DNA of 61,649 bases, filler included, from Stramenopiles sp. TOSAG23-3 (Eukaryota), in the NCBI GenBank assembly GCA_900128585.1. It is 6 parts of 6 records of this genome, joined end to end, with 100 filler letters (N's around TTAATTAATTAA, not from the genome) between each part and the next. Parts side by side here need not be neighbours in the genome. Positions count along the whole stretch, not along the records: positions 30,910 to 41,101 come from LT642841.1; positions 41,202 to 51,376 come from LT642842.1; 4 more parts are not named here. One strand, 5' to 3'. Both the position numbers and the translations under genes were made by a program. The notes beneath the pieces are model-generated. The model searched no databases. It was given only the letters and a program-made list of their open reading frames with translations, and was not told the DNA's origin. Of the stretch, positions 31,739-41,550 are shown piece after piece. Positions within the stretch are counted from its first letter, which is position 1. Every line of letters begins with the position of its first letter.

Positions 31739-32426
31739 ATTGTAGTAAGCGATAAAGTTTCAATTGTTTTGTTTCTTCTCGTTCGATATTTATTTTTACT
31801 GTTTTGTGGTACTAAGGTTTGTTGTGTTTATTATTAAAACTCTTTCCAAAACTGTTATTAAATATATATTCAACGTAAAGAATTTTGAACAAGCCGACAA
31901 GCCTTTCTTTCCTTGTCGATGGGCAAAGACAAGATAAAAATATTTATGCGTGGTGGTGGGTAGTTATTATTAGTGAGGATGATGTAGTGGTATTATACGT
32001 AGTCAATCGAGAGGGCCAAAAAAAATATTATATTTCTTATTCTCCTTCTGTTTATATTAGACTATGCTGTGTAGAGGTTATCATATACCAACTTCAATGT
32101 TTTCTTCAGCAGCTGCTTAGCTTCAATAATTCAGCGAATTCATTATTGAATTATATTTACCTTGTAAATTATTACATCATTATATTAATGAATACTACGA
32201 AACTATTACGGTTTTCCAGTTCATTTTTACCGTAATACAAGTACACTTTCTTCCTATAACCCGACGACGACGAAGATGTAATATAAAAAATGCCGTTTGT
32301 TAAATTTTAAGTAGAATAATAATTTAAATTTATCTTCTTCATGTACCGCGAATGTGAACCTGCTCCTTCTGACCATTAAAGGTTCACTTTCCTTCATGTA
32401 CTGCGAGCTTATCTCTGCTCCTGTGA

Positions 32427-32584
32427 TTTTTCTAATTCGTAATCAATTGTCACATTGTAAATTAATCACAAATCTGCACAGTCACAACATTACAAACCCC
32501 TGTGCCCTCGCAATTTACCTCGTTTTGTTGTACACAGTGTGTGTGGTGCCAGGGAGTACTTGGAATCGAATCACGGCATTGGCA
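32427..32584 (-). pseudogene. 3' remnant of a paralog of the 30947-31738 precursor gene
   Basis: Reads *CQCRDSIPSTPWHHTHCVQQNEVNCEGTGVCNVVTVQICD*, followed by 3' UTR nearly identical to 30910-30946. It has no start codon and is preceded in frame by TGA TAA. Confidence 0.85.
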
Positions 32585-32600
32585 TTATCATGTTCCCTCT

Positions 32601-35600
32601 TCAACTCAAGCCGAACCCCCCGTCCTTCGCGGATCGGATACTCAAAAGCAACTTTTCAACCATAACTTTAGAGGAAGAGTACCGTGGCAATTTCAAAAGA
32701 TTCATGCACGTTGCAGCCGTGGGCAACCGTTCGTTGTCATTTGTGATCGGAACTTCTTGTATGCACAAAGGAGGATACAGCGCTTTGAACCCCATCAGAG
32801 GGGGGCGGGAGCAGGACGTCCAAAAGTGCAGCAAAAACCCACGATCTTCGTCGCTGAAGCTGTTCAAAGCCTCCCAGAATTGCCGTATGTACGGCTGGGA
32901 TGGGTGGTACCCTGACGCGTACGTGATAAATTTCGACATGTCTGCGATGTCAAAACTGCTCACAGAGCCCCCAATCAGCATTTGAACTTCCCCAGGGTTG
33001 AACATTCGCAAAAATTCAGTCGGTATGAGGTCACGAAAGCCACGTAAAAAGGCCTTTGACTGGGCAGAAATTTGCCGGTTCAGTCGGTAGTGCGCAAGCG
33101 AGTATATGTACTGAAGGCAGTTTTCGTTCGTAACGTTAATATTTGAGCCGTTCGGCACCAGATCCACAACTTGAAGTTCCCCATAGTCCTGCTGCATTGT
33201 CGTAAAGTTCAGGTCAGCATCCGCAACGTTGTCCACAGATTTTAGCTGCATCAGGTTCTGGTAAAGCCCAATGTCCAGCGATTTGATGTCGTCCACGTAA
33301 TTCCCCCGACCCAAAAGTTTGTTTAGGAAAAAGCCCGCGAACTGGGGTTCGATTAGGATTGATTCGTACACGGCCTTTCCTAGAATTCTGCCAAGGAATG
33401 CAAAGTGGTCCAAATGAGAACTGCCAGCAACGATGGCGGACGACGGGCTGGGGTAGAGAGCCCCCCCCTCGGCCTCCTTAAACATTCCGTACTGTGGATC
33501 AAACGCCCGTTTGCTAAGCTGAACCATGAACTCTTTGAACAGGCCACCGCCATCGATGCCAGCTTCTTCTATACCGTGCTCATCCACGAACGAAATTTGT
33601 ATTCTGCCTTTCAGGTTCCCTTTCAAGGGGTTAAGCGTGTTGTACGCATCTTCGTACAGCGAACCCCGTCTAACTTTAATTTTCACCCCATGGCCTGGTT
33701 CCTCGTAGTTTCCGTCTCGCTGTTGCCGCAACGTTTTGCTGAACAGTGCAACGCGATGGTCGAACGACATTACTTGCGGGATCAGGCGCAGCAACAACGA
33801 CGACCGGAACCGGGCATCTACCCCTAGTTTATCCATTGTGCTGCCAAACGCCCCGGCCTCTATGGAAACCTTCGGCCACTCCCACGAGCTTCCTGGGCAA
33901 AACGATTTTCGACAATTTCTTTCGTACAGCTTGTTGTACAGGTTGGACGCCGCGAGCACCAGCCTGGTACGGTGCAAAGGGTACGCGGCTGGGTCAAGGG
34001 ATGAGGGCTGTTCGTCCCACACCATGCGGTGCAGCAGTGCGCTCAGCAGGCTTACCAGGCGGTACTGTTCGGGCAGCTGGAACGGTATCTGCTTTTCGTA
34101 GAAGTCAATGTCGTCCAAGGCAACGAGCAAATTACCGTACATGGTGAAGAACAGGCATAGGGAATCTTCAACGTCCGAATCGCTCAGGCAATTGAGGCAG
34201 GCGGGACCGTCGTTTGCGTCGTCGCGCCCTCGGGGAAAGACTGCGCCCGTCTCGGCAAATCGTTTCAGATCGACCGCCTGCTTTAGGGCAGCCCAGTACT
34301 GCGGAATAATAGTTCGCCCGGCCTGCAGGGCCAGGGCGTTCAAAATGGTGTGCCCCGGGCCGTGATAAAGTACCGGTGTGACTAGAACCCCGGAGCGAGC
34401 ATTAATTTTGTTGTAAAACGCGCCCAGTTTCATCATCGTGGTCTTCTCAGACAGGTCCACCCGCACCCTGTCGTCGCTTAACGTTTTCTTCTTGGCAGTA
34501 TTACCACTGCCGCCTTCCGAACATTCCCCCAAGTCGGCAGACAGAACTGCACCAAAAATAGCTTTCGCGTGCGCAGTGTCCATCAACCCTGCATTGACCA
34601 GCTCTAGCATGTTGCTGTCCGCGCCCCGGTGAGCAGTCAGGGATGCATTGACCCGCTTCGTTCTGTGCCCTTGCAAAATCTTCTTCAGGTCGGTAGAAGC
34701 AGATAATTTGGCACTGCCCCCGGCCAGACCGTTTGCTTCTGTCGGTTGCCCTGGGGCGAACAAATCGCTGCCCTCTTCGTCGGAAGAAAGAGAGCTGCTG
34801 CGGTATCGTTCCCAGATTTTGCTGACAGTAGTCTTCTCTTCTGGGCTTAGAAAACAAACATCAGGGAGCCCGTCGATAAGTATGGCCAGGATGTTCACAT
34901 GGCAGACCAACATCTCCTTGTCGCGGAGGAGCACGCCAAAGACATCCTTGTGCTTCACTATGTACATCAGGTTTGCAAAGATCCAGTTGTAGTCAACGGG
35001 GACATTTTGCTCCGGGACCCATCGCATCATCGCATATAAGCAGCTGCGCCACATGTTTGGGATTTGGAACAAAGGGTGTATTAAATGCTTCATCAGGCTT
35101 ATTCTGGTCCCGGAGCTTGGCGCCGACAACATCGGCAACGGCAGGACAAATCGCGTAAACTCTTCGAAGGCGCTCGTGATGGCCGTGGATGATCGCTTGT
35201 GTTTTGCTGCGGACGAAAACGCACGAACTATCATGTCACACATGTTTTGTTGAAAATGGAGCATAGGGCTGGATCCCATCGCGGCTTCGCCGCCGCCACC
35301 GTTTGCGAAGGAATTCTCGATGGTATCCGCCTCCTTCAGCACTTTGATCAAGACCTGAATTAGACTTTCCCCGTATTTCGTCGTAAAGTTTTCTGACAGC
35401 AGCAGATGCAGCAGGACGAGATCGCACGCATTGTTCTCTTCCCTCTCCCCCCAAGACGACTCGCCCGTAATTAAATTCACAAGGTCAAGAACCAGCCTGA
35501 AGCTGCTCGACCGGTTGTCGGTAAAAACAAGCAACCCCAGGGCGCTTCGAAGGAAGGTGCTGACCTGAAACACCCAAGGCATGCTGGGGCAGCCTGCGCT

Positions 35601-36044
35601 GCCTGCCAGCGAGCGGTAGTTTACACGCTTGTCTTTCGCCCCGAAGCTTGCCCACAAAAAGTTACAAAGCAAAAGTATGCGTGGTCTATCTTGCTCAGGG
35701 CTGTAGCAGTGGAAAAAATTAAACGACTGAACGAGCGGGGACAGCACGTGAAGGGGAGGGACAAACTCTTTCCCCGTCGCCTTCAGGATCAGGGAAACCT
35801 TCTGCAGGTCCCCTGCTCGTTTGTCAAACAAAGCTCGGAACGTATCTCGTACCGTCTTGGCCACCCACCGCCCTCGAAAAACGCGCTGAATCTGGAGTGC
35901 AGCAGCCGCGTCTTTACGCGTCTTTTCCCTACGCTCCCTCTCTTGCCGAGCCCGTGACAACCGTTCTGCCCTTGAGATAAACCGGTTGTTAGTCCCTCCC
36001 ATCGACACCTTTTTCGAGGACGTCTTGCCATCGAAGAACGCCAT
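32601..36044 (-). CDS. HECT E3 ubiquitin ligase, UBE3C/UPL6-like, with N-terminal IQ motif
   Basis: MAFFDG..KKVSMGG, RARQERERRE, IQRVFRG; HECT motifs EEAGIDGGGLFKEF, FLGRILGKAVY, FWTSCSRPPLMGFKAL, RLPTAATCMNLLKLP and the GFGLS terminus. First ATG is 36044. Confidence 0.96.
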   Translation of the reverse strand: MAFFDGKTSSKKVSMGGTNNRFISRAERLSRARQERERREKTRKDAAAALQIQRVFRGRWVAKTVRDTFRALFDKRAGDLQKVSLILKATGKEFVPPLHVLSPLVQSFNFFHCYSPEQDRPRILLLCNFLWASFGAKDKRVNYRSLAGSAGCPSMPWVFQVSTFLRSALGLLVFTDNRSSSFRLVLDLVNLITGESSWGEREENNACDLVLLHLLLSENFTTKYGESLIQVLIKVLKEADTIENSFANGGGGEAAMGSSPMLHFQQNMCDMIVRAFSSAAKHKRSSTAITSAFEEFTRFVLPLPMLSAPSSGTRISLMKHLIHPLFQIPNMWRSCLYAMMRWVPEQNVPVDYNWIFANLMYIVKHKDVFGVLLRDKEMLVCHVNILAILIDGLPDVCFLSPEEKTTVSKIWERYRSSSLSSDEEGSDLFAPGQPTEANGLAGGSAKLSASTDLKKILQGHRTKRVNASLTAHRGADSNMLELVNAGLMDTAHAKAIFGAVLSADLGECSEGGSGNTAKKKTLSDDRVRVDLSEKTTMMKLGAFYNKINARSGVLVTPVLYHGPGHTILNALALQAGRTIIPQYWAALKQAVDLKRFAETGAVFPRGRDDANDGPACLNCLSDSDVEDSLCLFFTMYGNLLVALDDIDFYEKQIPFQLPEQYRLVSLLSALLHRMVWDEQPSSLDPAAYPLHRTRLVLAASNLYNKLYERNCRKSFCPGSSWEWPKVSIEAGAFGSTMDKLGVDARFRSSLLLRLIPQVMSFDHRVALFSKTLRQQRDGNYEEPGHGVKIKVRRGSLYEDAYNTLNPLKGNLKGRIQISFVDEHGIEEAGIDGGGLFKEFMVQLSKRAFDPQYGMFKEAEGGALYPSPSSAIVAGSSHLDHFAFLGRILGKAVYESILIEPQFAGFFLNKLLGRGNYVDDIKSLDIGLYQNLMQLKSVDNVADADLNFTTMQQDYGELQVVDLVPNGSNINVTNENCLQYIYSLAHYRLNRQISAQSKAFLRGFRDLIPTEFLRMFNPGEVQMLIGGSVSSFDIADMSKFITYASGYHPSQPYIRQFWEALNSFSDEDRGFLLHFWTSCSRPPLMGFKALYPPLCIQEVPITNDNERLPTAATCMNLLKLPRYSSSKVMVEKLLLSIRSAKDGGFGLS

Positions 36045-36459
36045 GTTTCTCAACGATCAGAATGTTCAAACGAATAAATAAATTGAGACAAACTTCTACC
36101 AACCCGTACACCTATCACTTGTTTGCTTTTCGAAAAAATGAACATGAATCATTACCAATTGTTCACGTTTATGAACGTAAGTGAATACAAAGCCTTCTTT
36201 CAAAATATTTAGTAAGTCCATAATAGTAAAAATGTTTTGTGCGTGATGTGATCGATGATATTTTTTTTCATTTTCAAAGTGTTATAATGTTGCTTATCAT
36301 ATTAAATATATTAATATAAATAATTAATAGCATAGGAATGTGTGGTACCGGTTCGAATCAATAGTTTATTGATATACATAACGTATTTCAATGAATTCAA
36401 TTTGAGGGACGAAGAAGAAGAAGGAGGTGGGCCACACCAACAATAATAATCTTTTCTGT

Positions 36460-36461
36460 TT

Positions 36462-36533
<72 letters not shown>

Positions 36534-36560
36534 TCNNNNNNNNNNNNNNNNNNNNNNNNN

Positions 36561-36634
<74 letters not shown>
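36460..36634. repeat. (TTTC)n microsatellite spanning an internal N gap
   Basis: Directly visible. Confidence 0.97.
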
Positions 36635-36637
<3 letters not shown>

Positions 36638-36650
36638 TCACAAGAAAGTA

Positions 36651-38093
36651 TCAGTTCAATTCTTTGATGCATAAATTGCATGCACATGTGAACCCATATT
36701 CAAGCAAACGTTTCTGACGTTCTTCTACGGTCGTAGGGTTGAAGCATTCTTCCTCACTTTCATTACTTGATGCACAGTCGTCTTCGTCGGCGAAGCTACT
36801 CTCGTCGAATTCCTCTTCCTCCTCCTCCTGAAAATGTTCCTTCAATTCAATGAACGTTCTCGATGGTGTATAGTTTCGAAACCGATTTGGGCCAAGGTCT
36901 TCCTCCACATTATCGATAGGTATGTACGTGATGCAAATTTCTTCGAGAGGTTGAATGTCCCTTGTTGCCACTAGTGAAGCTCTGTTTGACCCGTGCAAAA
37001 ACTCAATTGATGTATTCGGACGACAGCTGTGGTTTGCCAACGACAAAAGCGGGTAGAGTGCCGATCCTGAAATCGCAGTTGGCTCAATTTTACTTTTCAG
37101 CTTCGTCCCCAGGGACGACGGCATATACTTTCGATCCAACACCCGTGCGGTAGAACCAAGTAACGAAAAAAGCCGAAAGTATTCTTGGCAAGGCGAAGGG
37201 TCTATTTCCACGACCATGACATTGCAGGACAGCATCCCCATGATCTCTCCAAAGTTGCTAAGTGATACAATTTCAGAAAGAATATCGTCTAGTGCCCGGT
37301 GGGGCAAATGTTGCATCATGCGCGTTTTCATCGCGGTCAACAGCAGGTCTAACGCTGTCTTGCAAAGCGATTTTCTTCTAGCCTTTTCTTCCTTGCTGAG
37401 GTTCCCATGAACGTTCCACCATTTTGGGTGGACATACTCCCTCCACCAAGCGTATGTTCCACGCACTTCTTTGTCAAACGGCACCTTGCGCAGCACCAGC
37501 TGTGCAATTATTTTGGCAAACGCTTGAGCAACTAACAGCAATTGTGGCAAACCGTGTTCGGTGGCATATTCGACGTATCGCTCCACGCAAGGGACGCTCT
37601 GGCAAAACAGTGAATGCCCAATCCTCTCCCGTTCAAAACCTTCCCTGCGAGAGCAAGGTTCGCACCACACTCGTTTGCATGCATCGCAGCGGAAGCCGAC
37701 ACGCTCTTGGCGTTGTAGCCTACGATATGGTGGCAAAAAGCAACTCCCAATTTCCTTCAACTGTTTCCGCAAACCTAGAACGGGGTGGTTGCATCGTTCG
37801 CAAACGAGCTGGTTCGAGACTTCGTTACCGGGGGTCTGGATGTTAATAACGGGATCTTCAGTGATCAGTACCTCCCCACACTGAATTAGGCCGTTGGCAA
37901 CAAGTGCGTAACCAGAACCCTTACGATATATACATTTCAAACGAAAATGGCCGCAAGAGCGTTTCCGCTTGGTACCTGTTCGCTGCCCGGAAAACGAGAC
38001 GTCGTGGTCTATGTCGGAGCGTGCAATTGCTCGACTTCGGGACGTAGTAGGAAAGAGCCGTGTCGCCGAGCGACCTTTAACTTGGGACAACAT
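36651..38093 (-). CDS. SMYD-type (SMYD5-like) SET-domain lysine methyltransferase
   Basis: KGSGYALVA...GE, a MYND-like insert (CERC...CDAC...CEPC...H..FC), ALYPLLSLANHSCRPN, EEICITYI, an acidic insert and post-SET YGFTCACNLC. First ATG is 38093; the frame is open to 38255. Confidence 0.9.
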   Translation of the reverse strand: MLSQVKGRSATRLFPTTSRSRAIARSDIDHDVSFSGQRTGTKRKRSCGHFRLKCIYRKGSGYALVANGLIQCGEVLITEDPVINIQTPGNEVSNQLVCERCNHPVLGLRKQLKEIGSCFLPPYRRLQRQERVGFRCDACKRVWCEPCSRREGFERERIGHSLFCQSVPCVERYVEYATEHGLPQLLLVAQAFAKIIAQLVLRKVPFDKEVRGTYAWWREYVHPKWWNVHGNLSKEEKARRKSLCKTALDLLLTAMKTRMMQHLPHRALDDILSEIVSLSNFGEIMGMLSCNVMVVEIDPSPCQEYFRLFSLLGSTARVLDRKYMPSSLGTKLKSKIEPTAISGSALYPLLSLANHSCRPNTSIEFLHGSNRASLVATRDIQPLEEICITYIPIDNVEEDLGPNRFRNYTPSRTFIELKEHFQEEEEEEFDESSFADEDDCASSNESEEECFNPTTVEERQKRLLEYGFTCACNLCIKELN

Positions 38094-38399
38094 GGGACGG
38101 ACCAGTTGTAACGACCAGTTCGTATTGCAATGGCTTTCCTTTTTTTCCTCTAGAACATTGTATTTAGAGGATATCTTCTTCGCTTGTGAAAAGCTGGTTT
38201 GGTTTCCATTATTGCGCTCGGTGCACGTATAATATGTGCCCAGAAGAAGATTCACAGTGTTGTTTTGACCCTATAGACACAGCATAGACAAAAAATACAG
38301 GCGTTTTTGATTATATTATTGAATGATGAAGAAAAAAAAATGGGAAGAAAAAAAAAAAAGAAGAAAAATTATTAATTCACACTTAATTATATTAAAATA

Positions 38400-40241
38400 T
38401 TAAATTCCCACCAAACAACGAACCATGCAAACGCAACCTTCGACACGTTCCCATACACCAAGACCATAGTAGAACTTTGCCAACCCCTCCGTAAACGTCG
38501 CAGAGCGGCCTTGGACCGGGTAATCCAACAATGGGGGGAGAACCAAGCTGGTCGTGAGCCAGGAGAGCTTGTTTTTCGTCAACGACTTCATCGAACAGCA
38601 TTGGCGAAGCCCCTCAGGGCCACCGAAACGACCAAAGCCGGAGGACCCGACACCCCCGAACGGCAAATCTTGAATCATGTAGTTCACTCCAAAATCGTTC
38701 AAATTGCACATCCCTACCTTCAAATTCTCCGCAATTTTCTCCCCACGTTCCTGGCTCGACGAGAAGATGCTACTCCCTAGCCCAAACTCAGAGTTGTTGG
38801 CCATCTTGAGCATGTCCTCATCGGTCGAGTACCGAAACACTACCATGAGGGGCCCAAAGGCTTCTTCGTGAAAAATTCTCATCGAGTCGTCAACGCCAAC
38901 CAAAATGGTCGGCTCGAAAAACAAACCGTCCAGGCTTTCGTTGCGCTTCCCCCCGACCAGCGCGCGCGCCCCTTTTGACAACGCATCGTTGACAAGGGTC
39001 TCGATGATGTGCAACTGCCCCGGCATCGTCGTTGACCCCACGTCGAACACGCCTTTGGTGGGTTGGCCCTGGCGCAGCGCCCGCACCCGTTTCACGGCTT
39101 CCGAAATGAACGCATCGTAGATCCCATCTTGGACGAGCACGCGCTCTACCCCAATGCAGTTCTGGCCAGCGTTTTGGTAGCACCCTCGGATAAGGAGCGA
39201 AAAGACGCCCTTTAGGTCTGCATCATCGCACACTACAAACGGGTCCTTCCCCCCCAGCTCCATGACGCACGGAATGCACCGGACTGCTGCTGCTTTCAAC
39301 ACAAGCTTTCCCACCTTGGTAGAGCCGGTGAAAATAATTTTGTTTATGTGCGATTGCACCAACGCCGCACCCGCATTCGGAAAGCCCGTGACGAGCTGCA
39401 CCAAATCCGGTGAGTGCCCAGACGCATTCAGCACCTCCTTGACGAGCTTAATGCCGAACATAGAGCTCCACGACGTGTGTTCGGATACTTTGATGGCCAC
39501 GGCATTTCCCGAGAAAAGGCCAGATATAACGTGGTTAATAAGGTTATGGAACGGGTAATTGAACGGCGAAATGATAGCCAGGACACCCAGGGGCTCGTAC
39601 GATACAACGGCATCTTTGTAGAACATCAAGCGGTCCGCCTTCCTATATTGTGGCTTCAGCACGTCCTCCCCGTTGTCAATCACCCATTGCAACTTCTCCA
39701 ACGACGGAATGATCTCCCCAAAATTTGCCCCGAGCTTGGTCTTCCCGCTGTCGTGCACGCACACGTGGGCAATATCAACCTGGTAGTCGATAATGGCGCG
39801 AATAAACGCTCGCATAAGATCGCGCCTCGTTTCAAAGCTCGTCTTGGCCCAATCCTTTTGCGCCGCCTTTGCCTTGTCCACTAAATCAAAGACTTCCTCC
39901 TCGTTCAGCGCTGGAACCTCGCCCAGGTGTTCCCCGGTCGCCGGGTTGTAGCACTGGACTTTGCCCGGCCTGGCCTCGTCTAACAGGGGCATGGTCGAGC
40001 TGTTTGCTCGTTTGGTCTGCTTTTCCCACGTCCCGCGACTCCCCCCCTCTGGAAACGTCAGTTGGACACGGGGCGCTCGCCTCTGCCTGTGCAAAAGGTA
40101 GTACGTAAGACAGCACAATCCCCCGTACGTGTAAAGAACCACGGGGGAAGTGTTCTGCAGCCACCCCAAGAGTGCGGCGAAGGTGTTTTCAACCCCAAAA
40201 TACGCCAGGGCGGCGGCAGCGCCTAGATAATAAAGCTTCAT
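38400..40241 (-). CDS. Membrane-anchored aldehyde dehydrogenase, ALDH22A1/Msc7-like
   Basis: N-terminal hydrophobic segments; motifs VQCYNPATG, ISPFNYPFHN, KVSE, FTGS, catalytic ELGGKD and NAGQNC, EEAFGP, LPFGG..SGFGRFGGPEGLR. Confidence 0.93.
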   Translation of the reverse strand: MKLYYLGAAAALAYFGVENTFAALLGWLQNTSPVVLYTYGGLCCLTYYLLHRQRRAPRVQLTFPEGGSRGTWEKQTKRANSSTMPLLDEARPGKVQCYNPATGEHLGEVPALNEEEVFDLVDKAKAAQKDWAKTSFETRRDLMRAFIRAIIDYQVDIAHVCVHDSGKTKLGANFGEIIPSLEKLQWVIDNGEDVLKPQYRKADRLMFYKDAVVSYEPLGVLAIISPFNYPFHNLINHVISGLFSGNAVAIKVSEHTSWSSMFGIKLVKEVLNASGHSPDLVQLVTGFPNAGAALVQSHINKIIFTGSTKVGKLVLKAAAVRCIPCVMELGGKDPFVVCDDADLKGVFSLLIRGCYQNAGQNCIGVERVLVQDGIYDAFISEAVKRVRALRQGQPTKGVFDVGSTTMPGQLHIIETLVNDALSKGARALVGGKRNESLDGLFFEPTILVGVDDSMRIFHEEAFGPLMVVFRYSTDEDMLKMANNSEFGLGSSIFSSSQERGEKIAENLKVGMCNLNDFGVNYMIQDLPFGGVGSSGFGRFGGPEGLRQCCSMKSLTKNKLSWLTTSLVLPPLLDYPVQGRSATFTEGLAKFYYGLGVWERVEGCVCMVRCLVGI

Positions 40242-40769
40242 GGCCGGCCGCGCGAGTGTAAAACAAAGTGTTCAATCGATTGCTGTTAGCTTGTGGATAA
40301 TGTTAATGTATGTCTTGATTTCTTTCCTTTTAATTTGTAAAGTTTTCAAGTAGATTTATATATAGTATAAACAAAATACAATTGAGGTGTTTGGTGGAGA
40401 TATGGTTCAATTGTTGTGTTGTCTCTCTTTGTATATTATATAAATCATCATTATTATTAATTAATATAATAATAATAATAAAAAAAAGAAGATACTCTTC
40501 TTTTACTACTTCTAACATTATATAGAACTAGACTAGGACTAACACACCACCCAACAAAACAACTTCGAACAACAACGACGACACCACGAGCACGAGAGGA
40601 CGAAAATGGGTTGAATAATTCTTCTAATGCTCTGTCGTGTATTTATAATTATTATTAGTCCTATAGCTATATTTAAAATACGTATTTCCAGACTCTTCAA
40701 TGACGTAGTTATTGGCATTAATATTTTATTATTTAATTATACCGGTACGGTAATAATACCGTACCTCTG

Positions 40770-41053
40770 GAAGGAAAGAAGGAAGGAAGAGAAGAGAAGG
40801 AAGACATGACGGAAGACAATGAAGGAAGAGAAGGAAAGAAGAGAAGGAAAGAAGAGAAGGAAAGAAGAGAAGGAAAGAAGAGAAGGAAAGAAGAAAGGAA
40901 GAGAAGACGGAAGAAAATGAAGGAAGAGAAGGAAAGAAGAGAAGGAAAGAAGAGAAGGAAAGAAGAGACGGAAAGAAGAGAAGGAAAGAAGAGAAGGAAA
41001 GAAGAGAAGGAAAGAAGGGAAGGAAAGAAGGGAAGGAAAGAAGAGAAGGAAGG
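40770..41053 (+). repeat. Polypurine minisatellite, about 13-bp unit GAAGGAAAGAAGA
   Basis: Directly visible, almost purely G/A on the plus strand. Confidence 0.9.
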
Positions 41054-41101
41054 AGTCAGGAGGAAAATAAGGATAATAAATAAGCCATTCCATTTTATTA
41101 T

Positions 41102-41201
41102 NNNNNNNNNNNNNNNNNNNNNNNNNNNNNNNNNNNNNNNNNNNNTTAATTAATTAANNNNNNNNNNNNNNNNNNNNNNNNNNNNNNNNNNNNNNNNNNN
41201 N
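41102..41201. other. Artificial contig linker
   Basis: N44-TTAATTAATTAA-N44. Confidence 0.98.
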
Positions 41202-41550
41202 TTATTAATATTTGAAAATTACGGAGAGGAGTTTGGTATATTTATTATAAAAAATAATTTAAATTACATTGTCCCATCTCATACTCATCTCATCTCTTGG
41301 TATTATATTTAGTATTAATATCATATAACAAAACTTTCAAAAATTAATGTCATGTATATTATGTCATTGTTGAATTAAAACCAAATGTATAAACTCAATA
41401 CAAACGTTGTTACCAACGCCAGGAAATGCGCAGGAATGCAGTAGATGCAAAGTTTGAAATCATAAAGAAGCATTTAGAGCAACGCATTGCATATTTCGAA
41501 AGAGTTCATTTAATTTTGCAATCGGGCACGGAGACTTTTCCAATCTCCCT

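Noticed and set aside
36350-36359. GGTTCGAATC, a tRNA T-loop/B-box-like word
   Set aside because: The flanks cannot form a T-stem or cloverleaf, so no tRNA is called.
36366-36717. KKER-, FFLS- or poly-Cys-type ORFs here and at 4230-4901, 8631-8864, 9814-10155, 40737-41153 and 58319-58730
   Set aside because: They are translations of microsatellites, low-complexity intergenic DNA, or antisense shadows of real genes.
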